Shown here one piece after another: positions 30,010 to 40,775 of a DNA stretch of 64,000 nucleotides. Source of the stretch: Candidatus Falkowbacteria bacterium (lineage in GTDB: Bacteria > Patescibacteriota > Patescibacteriia > CAIXNZ01); assembly GCA_016927685.1 (NCBI GenBank), contig JAFGMD010000021.1, positions 21,913-85,912 on the forward strand. Direction: 5' to 3'. The translations under genes and the position numbers were made by a program. Under the pieces are notes generated by a model, which saw only the letters and a list, made by a program, of their open reading frames with translations, ran no database searches and was not told the DNA's origin. Positions within the stretch are counted from its first letter, which is position 1, and every line of letters starts with the position of its first letter.

Positions 30010-30948
30010 TTATTTTATCGCGAAAACGCGCGATTTACCTGCTCTTTTGGCTTTACGCATCAGCTCATTGGCCCTGCGCACTGCCCGAACCAGATTTTCT
30101 TCTTCTGGCGTATTGACCTGATAAAGGCCGGCCGAGAAGGAAATGGACTGCTCCTCGAATCCTCCTTCTTTGAGAGTGAAATCGCTGAAGTGCTCGAGAA
30201 TAGCATTCATTCTTTTTTGCATGATTTCAAGCGGCTGGCGCCAGATGACCACGAATTCGTCTCCGCCGACTCGGGCGAAAATGTCATCGCTGCGTAAAAG
30301 GCGTCGCAATTCGGAAACGAAAGCAATAAGCAGTTTGTCTCCGAATGCCTCCAGATGGCGCTTGTTGACCTGGCCGAATTCGTCCAAATCAATGTAAGCC
30401 ACTGAAACAGGCACATGCGGCGAGCGAAGTAGTTCGCTCTGCAGTTCTTTCATCTTCCATTCCAAGCCGCGACGATTCAAGATGCCGGTCAATGGATCGG
30501 TAAAGCGGAAGTTGTCTATGTTGGTCCGTTGGCGGAAGACCTCATCCAGGAACAAACCTACTGAACCTAGCATTTCTACCTGGCCCTGAGTAAAATTCCT
30601 GGCCTTGGTCGTATCATCGAGTGCCAGCAAAGCAACGATTTCGTCGCCGTCATGGATCGAAACATAGATGTCCCAGCCGATGCCACTGGTCGGATTTCTG
30701 ATAATCCTGTTGCTGAGGTCAAATCTGAATTCATGGCGCGAATCAAGCACGTCTGTGCCGATCTGCCCATGAATGCCCCTCAAGATAAATTCGTCCGTGT
30801 TGCCGCTATCCGCTCTGACAAAGATCGCCAAGCGGTTAACGTGCAGATCGATGGACAAATTCTTGAGCAAAACCTTCACGAACTCATGTATGCCTTTTGT
30901 TAGGGCGGCGATCAATTCTGTGATTCGACGATAATGGTCTGCAATCAT
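30010..30948 (-). CDS. Diguanylate cyclase (GAF-like + GGDEF)
   Basis: TDPLTGILNRR, DLDEF..VN, RVGGDEF, AK.AGK; visibly GC-richer than flanks; AAGGAGG SD. Confidence 0.9.
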   Translation of the reverse strand: MIADHYRRITELIAALTKGIHEFVKVLLKNLSIDLHVNRLAIFVRADSGNTDEFILRGIHGQIGTDVLDSRHEFRFDLSNRIIRNPTSGIGWDIYVSIHDGDEIVALLALDDTTKARNFTQGQVEMLGSVGLFLDEVFRQRTNIDNFRFTDPLTGILNRRGLEWKMKELQSELLRSPHVPVSVAYIDLDEFGQVNKRHLEAFGDKLLIAFVSELRRLLRSDDIFARVGGDEFVVIWRQPLEIMQKRMNAILEHFSDFTLKEGGFEEQSISFSAGLYQVNTPEEENLVRAVRRANELMRKAKRAGKSRVFAIK

Positions 30949-31060
30949 TTATACCTCCTTATTTTTTTGTTAAACATCAATCATTACATTAAATCATATT
31001 TTCCATATTTTGTCAATATTTCGCCTTGCTTTAAGCCCTTAAATCAGCTATAATTTGTAT

Positions 31061-32875
31061 ATGGAAGCACACGAACTGCGCAAAAAATATATAGATTTTT
31101 TTGTATCAAAGGGGCATACACATATACCTAGCGCTTCTTTAATTCCAGAAAATGACCCCTCTGTACTCTTTACCACAGCTGGCATGCATCCCTTAGTTCC
31201 TTATTTAATGGGAGAAGCGCATCCTGGCGGTAAAAGAGTTGTTAATGTGCAAAAATGCATCAGAACATCTGATATTGATGAAGTGGGAGATAATCGTCAT
31301 TTAACTTTTTTTGAAATGATGGGAAATTGGTCCTTTGGCGATTATTTTAAAAAAGAGGCTATAGAGTGGAGTTGGGAATTTTTAACTGATCCCGCTTGGC
31401 TTGGCTTGGATCCGCAAAGGATTTATGTCACGGTTTTTAGGGGCGAAGAGGGGATACCTAAAGATGAGGAATCGGTTAAAATCTGGCAAACCATTTTTAA
31501 GCAAGAAGGCCTTACCCACGAAATTGCTAAAAACGAAAAAGTAGATGACACTACCAGAATTATTCCGCTTGGCAAAGAAGATAATTTTTGGATAGCAGGC
31601 GCGACAGGCCCTTGCGGCGCAGACACTGAAATGTTCTATGACACTAATCCGCAAGCAGGTCCATTAACTGGTAATTTTAGTGATTTAGTTAAAAGTGGCA
31701 GGCTTATTGAAATCTGGAATGATGTTTTTATGGAATTTAATAAAACGCCAGAAAATAAGTATGTGCCGCTTAAACAGCAAAATGTAGATACTGGCATGGG
31801 TCTAGAGAGAACAATTACAGTACTCAATGGTTTTGAAAATGTTTTTCAGACAGAATTTTTTCAGCCGTTTTTTAAAGAGATAGAAAAACTTTCTGATAAA
31901 AAATATTCTGAGGAAGAAAATACGCACGCTTTTAGAATTATTGCGGACCACATTAAAACCGCTACCTTTATCTTGGGAGATCCTAAAGGGCTAACGCCCT
32001 CTAATGTAGATCGGGGTTACATTTTACGTCGACTTATTCGTCGTGCAGTCAGGTTTGGTAAACTTTTAGGCATAAAAAATATTTTTACCTTTAAACTTGC
32101 CGAACAAGTTATAAAAATGTATAAGGATACTTACCCGGAGCTAAAAGACAATAAAGAATTCATAGTCAATCAGCTTTCTTTAGAAGAGGAAAAATTTAAT
32201 AAGACCTTAAGTCAGGGTCTTAAAGAGCTAGAAAAAATGTCTAAAGATAAAAATATTTCAGGGAAAGAAGCGTTTATTTTATTTACAACTTACGGCTTCC
32301 CCTTTGAAATGACTAAAGAAATAGCTGAAGAAAATGGATTTAAGATAAATGATAAAGAATTTAATGATGAATTTAAAAAACATCAACAGCTTTCCCGTAC
32401 TGCCAGCGCCGGTATGTTTAAGGGAGGGCTAGCCGATACCTCTGATGCCACAAAAAAATTACACACTGCCGCTCATTTAATGTTGGCAGCTTTAAGAAAA
32501 GTTTTGGGTGCAGAAGTTTATCAAAAGGGAAGTAATATCACGGCTGACCGTTTAAGATTTGATTTTAGTTATGATAAAAAAATGACTCCCGAACAAATTA
32601 GGGAGGTGGAGGATTTAGTTAATGAAAAAATAAAAGAGAAAATTCCTGTTAATTGTGAAGAAATGGATACTGAAGAAGCTAAAAGGCAAGGCGCTATGGG
32701 CGTCTTTGGCCATAAATATGGGGACAAGGTAAAAGTCTATTCTGTTGGTAGCTTTAGCAAAGAAATATGTGGCGGTCCTCATGTAGAAAATACTGGGGAT
32801 TTGGGACATTTTAAGATTCAAAAAGAGGAGAGTTCTTCTGCTGGGGTTCGCAGAATTAAAGCAATTTTAGAATAA
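31061..32875 (+). CDS. alaS: Alanine--tRNA ligase, short form lacking C-Ala
   Basis: FTTAGM, HLTFFEM.GN.SFGDY, DTGMGLER, HTAAHL, CGGPH, GVRRI. Confidence 0.96.
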   Translation: MEAHELRKKYIDFFVSKGHTHIPSASLIPENDPSVLFTTAGMHPLVPYLMGEAHPGGKRVVNVQKCIRTSDIDEVGDNRHLTFFEMMGNWSFGDYFKKEAIEWSWEFLTDPAWLGLDPQRIYVTVFRGEEGIPKDEESVKIWQTIFKQEGLTHEIAKNEKVDDTTRIIPLGKEDNFWIAGATGPCGADTEMFYDTNPQAGPLTGNFSDLVKSGRLIEIWNDVFMEFNKTPENKYVPLKQQNVDTGMGLERTITVLNGFENVFQTEFFQPFFKEIEKLSDKKYSEEENTHAFRIIADHIKTATFILGDPKGLTPSNVDRGYILRRLIRRAVRFGKLLGIKNIFTFKLAEQVIKMYKDTYPELKDNKEFIVNQLSLEEEKFNKTLSQGLKELEKMSKDKNISGKEAFILFTTYGFPFEMTKEIAEENGFKINDKEFNDEFKKHQQLSRTASAGMFKGGLADTSDATKKLHTAAHLMLAALRKVLGAEVYQKGSNITADRLRFDFSYDKKMTPEQIREVEDLVNEKIKEKIPVNCEEMDTEEAKRQGAMGVFGHKYGDKVKVYSVGSFSKEICGGPHVENTGDLGHFKIQKEESSSAGVRRIKAILE

Positions 32876-33030
32876 AACTTGACAATTTTTTACATTTCTA
32901 TATAATTTAGATATATAATTTAATTAGCTAAATTATAAGCAAACAAATAAAACAACCGGTTTTTTGCAAAAGATTCTTGCAAAGAATCCTTTTTTTTGTT
33001 ATTATTTAAAACACGTCAAAAAAACACACT

Positions 33031-33270
33031 ATGGTTGATAGCGAAAATGCTAATAAAACCAGTAAAAATTTTATTGAAACAAAAGGTGTTGTTATTGAAC
33101 TTTTACCAGCCGGCAGTTTTAAGGTGAAATTGGAAAATGGGCAAGAAATCCTGGGATTTCTTTCGGGCAAAATGAGAATGAATAAAATTAGAATTTTGCC
33201 GGGCGATGAAGTAAAAGTTGAAATGACACCCTATGACCTCTCCAAGGGTCGCATCATCTATCGTTTCTAA
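33031..33270 (+). CDS. infA: Translation initiation factor IF-1
   Basis: SGKMR..IRILPGD.V.VE.TPYDL.KGRI. Confidence 0.97.
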   Translation: MVDSENANKTSKNFIETKGVVIELLPAGSFKVKLENGQEILGFLSGKMRMNKIRILPGDEVKVEMTPYDLSKGRIIYRF

Positions 33271-33312
33271 TTAATTGAAATTAAGAATAGACCAAAAGTC
33301 TTTTTATTTTCT

Positions 33313-33426
33313 ATGAAAGTTAGAGCATCAGTAAAACCAAGATGCCGAGATTGTAAAGTTATCAGACGCAAAAAACGCGTTTGGGTAATTTGCAAGAACC
33401 CTAAACATAAGCAACGCCAGGGTTAA
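33313..33426 (+). CDS. rpmJ: 50S ribosomal protein L36
   Basis: [37 protein letters not shown] (hand translation). Confidence 0.97.
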   Translation: MKVRASVKPRCRDCKVIRRKKRVWVICKNPKHKQRQG

Positions 33427-33480
33427 GTTTTTATTATTCCAATCCCTAATTACTAATTACCAATTCCTAATTACTATCAT

Positions 33481-33873
33481 ATGTCAATTCGTATCGCAGG
33501 CGTTACAATCCCACAAGATAAAAGAATAGAGGTTGCTTTAACCTATATTTATGGCATTGGCCGTCCTGCGGCTGCTAAAATTTTAAAAGACTTAAAAATT
33601 GATCCTAATGTCAGGACAAAAAATTTGACAGCTGTTGATGAAGGCAAGTTAAGAGATTATTTAAAAGATAATTATAAAGTTGAAGGAGATTTAAAAAGAG
33701 AGGTACTGGGCAATATTAAAAGATTAAAAGAAATTAGAAGTTATAGAGGTGTTAGACACGAAAGACATTTGCCTGTACGTGGACAAAGAACTAAAACTAA
33801 TTCAAGAACTGTACGAGGCAATAAGAGGGTTACTTTAGGTAGTGGTAGAAAACCAGCAGCTCAAAAGACATAA
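33481..33873 (+). CDS. rpsM: 30S ribosomal protein S13
   Basis: [25 protein letters not shown]. Confidence 0.97.
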   Translation: MSIRIAGVTIPQDKRIEVALTYIYGIGRPAAAKILKDLKIDPNVRTKNLTAVDEGKLRDYLKDNYKVEGDLKREVLGNIKRLKEIRSYRGVRHERHLPVRGQRTKTNSRTVRGNKRVTLGSGRKPAAQKT

Positions 33874-33886
33874 TATTTAATTAAAT

Positions 33887-34450
33887 ATGGCAGAAAAAAT
33901 TAAAAAAGAATCCACTTCCGCTCTGGCTTCGGCCAAGACGAGCAAAACTGCGGTGGATAAAGAAAAAGAAGTTTTGAAAGACGAAAAGGTTGTAAAACAG
34001 CCCGAAATTAAAATTGAAAAAATAGAAGAAAAAAAGGAAGATATTAAAGATGTTACCTCTGAAAAACCAATTAAAGTTATCAAAAAGAAAAAAAATATTA
34101 GGCAAATTACACACGGTCGTGCTTATATTCAGGCAACTTATAATAATACCATAATCACCTTGACAGATTTAAATGGTAATGTTTTGTCATGGTCAAGTGC
34201 GGGACAAAACGGCTTTAAAGGGCCTAAAAAAGCCACCCCTTATGCGGCTTCTGTTATTGTAAAAGATGCTGTTGAAAAGGCCAGTGTTTATGGCTTAAAA
34301 AATGTTAATGCATTCGTTAAAGGAGTTGGCTCAGGACGTGAAGCAGCTGTACGCGCTTTAAATACGTATGGCTTAAATGTTATATCAATTAAAGATATAA
34401 CACCCATTCCGCATAATGGTTGCCGCGCTAGAAAGCCAAGAAGAATTTAA
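33887..34450 (+). CDS. rpsK: 30S ribosomal protein S11 with long charged N-terminal extension
   Basis: [23 protein letters not shown]. Confidence 0.96.
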   Translation: MAEKIKKESTSALASAKTSKTAVDKEKEVLKDEKVVKQPEIKIEKIEEKKEDIKDVTSEKPIKVIKKKKNIRQITHGRAYIQATYNNTIITLTDLNGNVLSWSSAGQNGFKGPKKATPYAASVIVKDAVEKASVYGLKNVNAFVKGVGSGREAAVRALNTYGLNVISIKDITPIPHNGCRARKPRRI

Positions 34451-34491
34451 TTAATTCATATTTCATAATTCATAGTTCATATTTAATCAAA

Positions 34492-35118
34492 ATGGCAAGA
34501 AATATTAATGCAAAATGTAAACAGTGTCGTAGGGAAGGAACTAAACTATTTCTTAAGGGTGAGCGCTGTATGTCTCCAAAATGCGCCATGGTTAAGAGAA
34601 ATTTTCCACCCGGCGTTCATGGCGGAAAAGGTTACCCCCGCTCAACTTCTTATGGTTTGCAATTGCGAGAAAAACAGAAAACAAAGAAAATTTACAGACT
34701 TTTAGAAGCTCAATTTTATAATTATTTCGTTAAAGCTTCAAAATCTCGCGCAAATACAGAAGAAGTTCTTTTTCAATTATTGGAAATGAGGTTTGATAAT
34801 ATAATTTATCGTGCTGGTTTCGCAAAATCTCGCGATTTAGCCAGACAGCTTATCGGCCATAAACATTTTTTGGTTAATAATAAAAGGGTTAATATTCCAT
34901 CATATCGTATAAAAGTAGGCGATACTATTAGCGTTAAAGAAAAAAGCTTGATGTTAAAAGCATTCAGTAATATTAAGGAACAAGTTAAAAAAGTAGAAGG
35001 GTTAAGCTGGCTTTCAATTACTCCAGATAAATTGGAAATAAAAGTTGTAGATAAACCAAAACTAGCAGATTTAAAAGAATTTAACCCGAAATTAATCGTA
35101 GAATTTTATTCAAAATAA
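34492..35118 (+). CDS. rpsD: 30S ribosomal protein S4
   Basis: CRREG.KLFLKGERC, QLREKQ, IVEFYSK. Confidence 0.97.
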   Translation: MARNINAKCKQCRREGTKLFLKGERCMSPKCAMVKRNFPPGVHGGKGYPRSTSYGLQLREKQKTKKIYRLLEAQFYNYFVKASKSRANTEEVLFQLLEMRFDNIIYRAGFAKSRDLARQLIGHKHFLVNNKRVNIPSYRIKVGDTISVKEKSLMLKAFSNIKEQVKKVEGLSWLSITPDKLEIKVVDKPKLADLKEFNPKLIVEFYSK

Positions 35119-35148
35119 AAATAAATTTTTAAAATTAATCTTTTTTTT

Positions 35149-35922
35149 ATGGAAAATCTCTTCTTGCCAAATAAAATTGAACTAAAAAAAGGTATAGATG
35201 AAAATGAGGGTGTCTTAGTAATAGAACCCTTATTTCATGGCTATGGCACAACAATAGGGAATGCTTTGAGAAGAGTATTGTTATCGTCTTTACCAGGCGC
35301 TGCAGTTACTTCATTTAAAATCAAAGGGGCCACTCATGAATTTTCAGCTGTAAAGGGAGTTCAAGAAGATGTCTTGCAGATTGTACTAAACCTTAAGCAG
35401 TTGCGTTTAAAAATGTTTGTAGATGAACCAGTTGTTTTAAAATTGCACAAAAAGGCTGAGGGCGCGGTTACCGCTGCTGATATAGATAAGGATGCCAGTG
35501 TGCAAATTATAAATGGGGATTTAAAAATTGCTACTATTACGGACAAAGGAACGGAATTAAACATGGAAATTACCGTTGAAAAAGGTTTGGGTTTTGATCC
35601 AACAGAAAATAGAGATAAAACAAAATTGCCGGTTGGCGCTATTGCTATTGATGCAATTTTTACTCCAATCAAGGATATTGGCTTTAAAGTGGAAGATACG
35701 CGTGTCGGGCAGATTACTAACTATGACAAATTAACCATGAATATTAAGACAGATGGCACAATTACGCCATCATATGCTATTAATTTTGCCGCTAAATTAT
35801 TAATAGATCATTTTAGCTTAGTCACTAATGAACAAAATATTCCCGTGGAAATGACTAAGGAGGTAAAGACTGAAACTAAAAAAGCTAAAAAGCCCAGAGC
35901 AACTAAAAAAACCAAAAAATAA
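35149..35922 (+). CDS. rpoA: RNA polymerase alpha subunit (no alpha-CTD)
   Basis: EPL..GYGTT.GNALRRVLLSS, HEFS, DAIFTP; ends in Lys-rich tail at 257 aa. Confidence 0.96.
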   Translation: MENLFLPNKIELKKGIDENEGVLVIEPLFHGYGTTIGNALRRVLLSSLPGAAVTSFKIKGATHEFSAVKGVQEDVLQIVLNLKQLRLKMFVDEPVVLKLHKKAEGAVTAADIDKDASVQIINGDLKIATITDKGTELNMEITVEKGLGFDPTENRDKTKLPVGAIAIDAIFTPIKDIGFKVEDTRVGQITNYDKLTMNIKTDGTITPSYAINFAAKLLIDHFSLVTNEQNIPVEMTKEVKTETKKAKKPRATKKTKK

Positions 35923-35924
35923 TT

Positions 35925-36275
35925 ATGAGGCATGCGAATAAAAAGAAAATTTTAGATAGAGCTAGTGCTCAAAGAAAAGCCTTGCTAAGAAGTTTAGCAA
36001 CCAGCTTAATTTTATATGAAAAAATTAAAACAACTCAGGCCAAGGCTAAGGTTTTAAGGCCTTTTGTGGAAAAACTCATTACCAAAGGCAAAAAAAATGA
36101 TTTATTAGCCAGAAGAGACTTGAAAAAGGTTCTGTATAAAGAAACTGCAGTAAAAAAGGTGTTAGAGGTATTAAGCCCTCGTTATAAGGAAAGAAAAGGG
36201 GGCTATACTAGAATAATTAAACTTAGCGCAAGAAAAGGTGACGCGGCTAAGATGGCTATCATTGAATTTGTATAA
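35925..36275 (+). CDS. rplQ: 50S ribosomal protein L17
   Basis: MRH, I.TT..KAK, GGYTRIIK..R.GD.A. Confidence 0.97.
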   Translation: MRHANKKKILDRASAQRKALLRSLATSLILYEKIKTTQAKAKVLRPFVEKLITKGKKNDLLARRDLKKVLYKETAVKKVLEVLSPRYKERKGGYTRIIKLSARKGDAAKMAIIEFV

Positions 36276-36279
36276 ATTT

Positions 36280-36675
36280 ATGAAATCAACAAATTTAAAC
36301 GTAAAAACTCAAAGAAAAACCATAACTCTTGATGCTAAGGGCGTACCAGTTGGTCGTTTAGCTACTCAAATTGCCAAGATATTGATGGGCAAACATAAAG
36401 TTGGTTATACGCCGCATATTAATGATGGTGATTTTGTAGTAGTTATAAATTCAGATAAAATAATTTTTACTGGAAATAAACTAGCGCAAAAAGTTTATAG
36501 GCATCATAGCGGTTATCCGGGAGGTCTAAAAGAAATTAAAGTGCAAAAAGTTTTTTCTGAAAATCCTGGCAAGGTTATAATTCATGCGGTAGATAAGATG
36601 TTGCCTAAAAATAGACAAAGAAAAGAAATGTTAAAAAGATTGACCGTGCTTCGCCCAGGCGAGCATATTAAATAA
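36280..36675 (+). CDS. rplM: 50S ribosomal protein L13
   Basis: GRLAT.IA..L.GKHK..YTPH..GD.V, HSGYPGG. Confidence 0.96.
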   Translation: MKSTNLNVKTQRKTITLDAKGVPVGRLATQIAKILMGKHKVGYTPHINDGDFVVVINSDKIIFTGNKLAQKVYRHHSGYPGGLKEIKVQKVFSENPGKVIIHAVDKMLPKNRQRKEMLKRLTVLRPGEHIK

Positions 36676-36676
36676 T

Positions 36677-37099
36677 ATGGATAAAGCTCAAATTAAAACA
36701 AAAGATACATTAAGTAAATATTCTTTTGCGGTTGGACGCAGAAAAACATCTATTGCCAGAGTTAAACTATTTGTTAGGGGCAAGGGCGAAATTACTATTA
36801 ACGGTAAAAAATCACAGGAATATTTACCCGATTATGTATTACAGGAAACTATTAATGCTCCCTTGAAACTTGTTAATTTGGCAAAGGCAGATGTTATAGC
36901 GGTTGTTAGTGGTGGCGGAAAAAGGGGACAGGCAGAGGCTCTTAGACTGGCAATTGCCAGAGCTTTAATAAAATCCGATAAGGATTTGCGTAAAACTTTG
37001 AAAGTCGCCGGCTTTTTACACAGGGATCCAAGAATTAAAGAAAGAAAGAAACCAGGACTTAAACGAGCCAGACGCGCGCCACAATGGCAAAAACGTTAA
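36677..37099 (+). CDS. rpsI: 30S ribosomal protein S9
   Basis: GRRKT..ARV, GGG..GQA.A, RD.R.KERKK.G. Confidence 0.97.
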   Translation: MDKAQIKTKDTLSKYSFAVGRRKTSIARVKLFVRGKGEITINGKKSQEYLPDYVLQETINAPLKLVNLAKADVIAVVSGGGKRGQAEALRLAIARALIKSDKDLRKTLKVAGFLHRDPRIKERKKPGLKRARRAPQWQKR

Positions 37100-37207
37100 T
37101 ACTCATATACAAAAACACTCCAGGAATGGGGTGTTTTTGAATTTATTAGTATTTGACAAAATTGTATTTCTGTGTTAATATATAAAATTATAAAAAAGGA
37201 GGTGAAG

Positions 37208-37726
37208 GTGTTCATTAAAACAAACCAATTTATTATTAGGCCATTTAAGCTTTCAGATGCAGCAGATTTAGCAAGGAACATAAATAATGCTAAGGTTGCC
37301 AGATATACAACTTCGATTCCTTATCCCTACAAATTGCAATACGCTCATGATTGGCTAGCAAAACAAATAAAAACATACGAGGAAAAACGGCCAGAAAATA
37401 TTGTTTGGGCAATTGAAATTGATAGGGAAGTAGTCGGTGCCATTGGCATCCATAAAATTATTTATGGGCATAAGGCTGAACTTGGCGCTTGGATCGCCCA
37501 AAAACATTGGAATAAGGGAATCATGACTCAGGTTATTAAAATTATGACTGATTATGCTTTTAAGTCTTTTAAGCTCAAAAGAATCTACGCCAGAATTTTT
37601 ACGCCAAATTTAGGCTCAAAAGCAGTGGCGGAAAAAAATGGTTTTAAATTAGAAGGTATTATGAAAAAAGATGCGAAAAAAGATGGTAAATATTATGACG
37701 TTTATCTGCTTTCTAAAACAAAATAA
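37208..37726 (+). CDS. RimJ/RimL-type GNAT acetyltransferase (SD-led)
   Basis: AELG.W....WNKGI.T, N..S..V.EK.GF..EG. Confidence 0.9.
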   Translation: MFIKTNQFIIRPFKLSDAADLARNINNAKVARYTTSIPYPYKLQYAHDWLAKQIKTYEEKRPENIVWAIEIDREVVGAIGIHKIIYGHKAELGAWIAQKHWNKGIMTQVIKIMTDYAFKSFKLKRIYARIFTPNLGSKAVAEKNGFKLEGIMKKDAKKDGKYYDVYLLSKTK

Positions 37727-37803
37727 AAACGACAAAAAGCGCCTTAACGTATTTAGCAAGGCGCTTTTTTATTTTTGTGTTTTATGTTAAAATTACATTA
37801 AAT

Positions 37804-39279
37804 ATGGCGGAAAATCCTCAAAATATTGCTAAAAATACGACTTGGCTAACCTCGGCATATATCTTCCAAAAGATATTTGCCTTTATTTATTTTACTCTAA
37901 TCGCCCGCTGGTTAGGCGCAACTGATATTGGAGTTTATACCTTTGCAATTTCTTTGACAACATTAATGGCGATTTTTATAGATTTTGGTTTGTCTAATGT
38001 TTTAATTCGGGAAGCAGCTAAATATAAAGATAAAGCTAATGACTATCTAAACAACATAATAAGCTTAAAATTGCTATTTTCTGTTATAACCTATATTTTG
38101 GTCGTTATTATTATTAACCTGCTAAATAAAAGCCATATTTCATTAATAATGGTCTATTTAGCGGGCATAGCAATGGTTTTTGACTCTTTTACTCTTAGTT
38201 TTTGGGCAATTTTTCGTGCTTATCAAAATTTAAAATATGAGGCAATTAGTATTGTTATTAATCAGATTTTAATTTCTATAGTGGGTATTATTGGCTTATT
38301 ATTAAAATTTCCTCTTTATATTTTAATTATTGCCTTAGTTTGCGGCAGTTTATTTAGTTTTTTATATTCGCTGATTCTTCTAAAAACAAAATTGAAATTT
38401 ATTTTTAAATTAGATTGGAATAAGCAAGTAATAAAATTTTTATTTTATATTGCAGTACCCTTTGCTTTGGCTGGCATATTTGCCAGAGTTTACAGTTATA
38501 TTGATCAAATTTTACTTTCGGTTTTGATAGGCGATAAATATTTGGGTTGGTATGAAATTGGATACAAGATTACTTTTGCCCTGCAGTTTGTCCCGGCTGC
38601 TTTTGCTGCGGCAGTTTATCCGGCTATGAGCCATTCGTTTGTAAATGATAAAGAGCGTTTAAAAATAATATTTGAAAAATCCATATTTTTATTACTTATA
38701 TTTTCTGTACCTGCAGCAGCCGGAATTGCCCTGTTATCAGATCAAATAATCTTATTGCTCTATACCAGCGAATTTCAGCCGTCTATTTTAGCCATGCAAA
38801 TTATTATCTTCAGCATCATTGCTATGTTTTTAAATTATCCAATAGGTTCATTGCTTAATTCTTGCGACAAGCAAATTGTTAATACGATTAATGTCGGCAT
38901 AGCCATGCTTTTAAATATAATTTTAAATATAATCTTAATTCCTTTATATCAACATATTGGTGCTGCCATTGCTTGTCTAATATGTCAATTTCTTTTATTT
39001 ATACTAAATCTAATTTGGGTACCAAAAATAATCAATTATAATTGGAAATATTTGCTTATTAAAACATTGAAAACAATATTTTCAGCAATACTAATGTCTA
39101 TAGCGGTAATTTATTTAAAAACTTATCTTAATTTCATAATTGTGGCCATAATCGGAGCATTGCTTTATGGTTCGATTATGTATTTAATTAAGGGTTTTAC
39201 CAAGGAAGATATTATATATTTAGTACAGGCAATATTTAAAAAAACTCCTTATGAAAAAGAGCTTATTGATAACAATTGA
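37804..39279 (+). CDS. Wzx-like flippase
   Basis: About 14 TM segments; DFGL motif; polysaccharide cluster context. Confidence 0.88.
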   Translation: MAENPQNIAKNTTWLTSAYIFQKIFAFIYFTLIARWLGATDIGVYTFAISLTTLMAIFIDFGLSNVLIREAAKYKDKANDYLNNIISLKLLFSVITYILVVIIINLLNKSHISLIMVYLAGIAMVFDSFTLSFWAIFRAYQNLKYEAISIVINQILISIVGIIGLLLKFPLYILIIALVCGSLFSFLYSLILLKTKLKFIFKLDWNKQVIKFLFYIAVPFALAGIFARVYSYIDQILLSVLIGDKYLGWYEIGYKITFALQFVPAAFAAAVYPAMSHSFVNDKERLKIIFEKSIFLLLIFSVPAAAGIALLSDQIILLLYTSEFQPSILAMQIIIFSIIAMFLNYPIGSLLNSCDKQIVNTINVGIAMLLNIILNIILIPLYQHIGAAIACLICQFLLFILNLIWVPKIINYNWKYLLIKTLKTIFSAILMSIAVIYLKTYLNFIIVAIIGALLYGSIMYLIKGFTKEDIIYLVQAIFKKTPYEKELIDNN

Positions 39280-40363
39280 TTTTCCGCCAAAAACCGGAGG
39301 CGTAGCCAATTATTTATCTAATTTGAGCGAAAATTTGCCTCATGATAAAATAGTTGTTTTGGCTGATAAAAAAGTAGGGCAAAAGTTGCATCATGAAATA
39401 AAATATCAATTGATTAAAGTTGATTTGTTTTTTAAATATTTCTGGCCTCACTGGTTAAAATCTTACTTTGAGGCCAAGAAAGTAATTAATGAACATAAAA
39501 TTGAACAATTGATTATCAGTCATGTTATTCCTATGGGTTATGTTTGTTTAATGCTTAAATTGCCTTATTTTGTGATTTTACACGGTTATGACATTGTTTT
39601 GGCCAGAAGATCTGCCTGGAAAAGATATTGGCTTGAAAAAATATTGAATAAATCAGAGCATATTATTGTAAATAGTAATTTTACGAAAAATGAAGTTTTG
39701 ACTCTCGGTATTAAGGAAAACAAAATAACTATAGTTAATCCATGTCCTAATTTTGTTAAAATGCAAATAAATGAAACTGAAAGGCAAATCATTAAAAATG
39801 AATTAGATTTACATCATAAAAAAATATTATTATCAGTTGGCCGGCTTATTCCCAGAAAAGGTTTTGATAAAGTTATTGAAGCCTTGCCGCAAGTTATAAA
39901 ACAAATACCAAATTTAACTTACATGATTGTGGGTAACGGTTCTGATGATAAACGCCTAGAAAAAATAGCTCAAGATTTGGGCGTTCTCAAAAATATCACA
40001 ATTATCAAAGATGTGCCTGATACAAATTTGCCTGCTTATTATTCTTTGGCAGATATTTTCATTATGCCTTCCAGAATTATAAATAAAAGTGATGTTGAGG
40101 GGTTTGGCATTGTTTATTTGGAAGCAAATCTTTTAGGCAAACCAGTTATTGCTGGAAAAAGCGGGGGAGTAGAAGACGCTGTTATTGATAATCAAACTGG
40201 TCTATTAGTTGATCCGGAAGATGTAAATAGCATTGCTATAGCTATTATTAAATTATTTACTGATCAAAATTTAGCGAACACATTGGGTGTTCAGGGTAAA
40301 GAAAGGGTAGAAAAAGAATTTTGTTGGTCAAAACAAATTGGTAAAATAGAAAATTTATTGTAA
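39251..40363 (+). CDS. GT4 glycosyltransferase
   Basis: VGRL..RKG.D, EGFGIVYLEA. Confidence 0.92.
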   Translation: MKKSLLITIDFPPKTGGVANYLSNLSENLPHDKIVVLADKKVGQKLHHEIKYQLIKVDLFFKYFWPHWLKSYFEAKKVINEHKIEQLIISHVIPMGYVCLMLKLPYFVILHGYDIVLARRSAWKRYWLEKILNKSEHIIVNSNFTKNEVLTLGIKENKITIVNPCPNFVKMQINETERQIIKNELDLHHKKILLSVGRLIPRKGFDKVIEALPQVIKQIPNLTYMIVGNGSDDKRLEKIAQDLGVLKNITIIKDVPDTNLPAYYSLADIFIMPSRIINKSDVEGFGIVYLEANLLGKPVIAGKSGGVEDAVIDNQTGLLVDPEDVNSIAIAIIKLFTDQNLANTLGVQGKERVEKEFCWSKQIGKIENLL

Positions 40364-40400
40364 GTAAAAACCCCTTGATATTATCGCGGGGTTTTGGTGG

Positions 40401-40583
40401 CTATTTTTGCGTAAAAATGACGACAAGCGCAAATTTGTCTTCTTGATACTCACTTGATGTATAATGTGAAAATTCAACAGATGGAATTACCTGGAGAACT
40501 TTTTTGTCACTAGCTTTAAAAAAGCTGTCAAAACTTTTTTCTACTTTTTCAGCATCTCCCCTAAATATTTTGCATTTTGTCAT
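40401..40583 (-). CDS. 60-aa protein (cassette A), paralog of 40776-40937
   Basis: AAGGAGG SD, TTGACA 40636-40641, terminator near 40365-40395. Confidence 0.75.
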   Translation of the reverse strand: MTKCKIFRGDAEKVEKSFDSFFKASDKKVLQVIPSVEFSHYTSSEYQEDKFALVVIFTQK

Positions 40584-40634
40584 TTTCTACCTCCTTATTT
40601 TATTGATTTATTAATTTATCATAATATTTATATA

Positions 40635-40730
40635 ATGTCAAGCAATCCCAAATTGAATATCATAATGTTTAACATGTCAAAATATGGCGATTGGCAAAAA
40701 GGAATTGCCAAGATTGAAAATTTATTGTAA
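40635..40730 (+). pseudogene. Chimeric fragment: start of downstream GT fused to end of upstream GT
   Basis: 40650-40711 matches 41002-41063 with 5 mismatches; 40710-40730 matches 40343-40363. Confidence 0.85.
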
Positions 40731-40775
40731 ATATAAAAACCCCTAATATATTTAATCAGGGGTTTATAAATGGCC

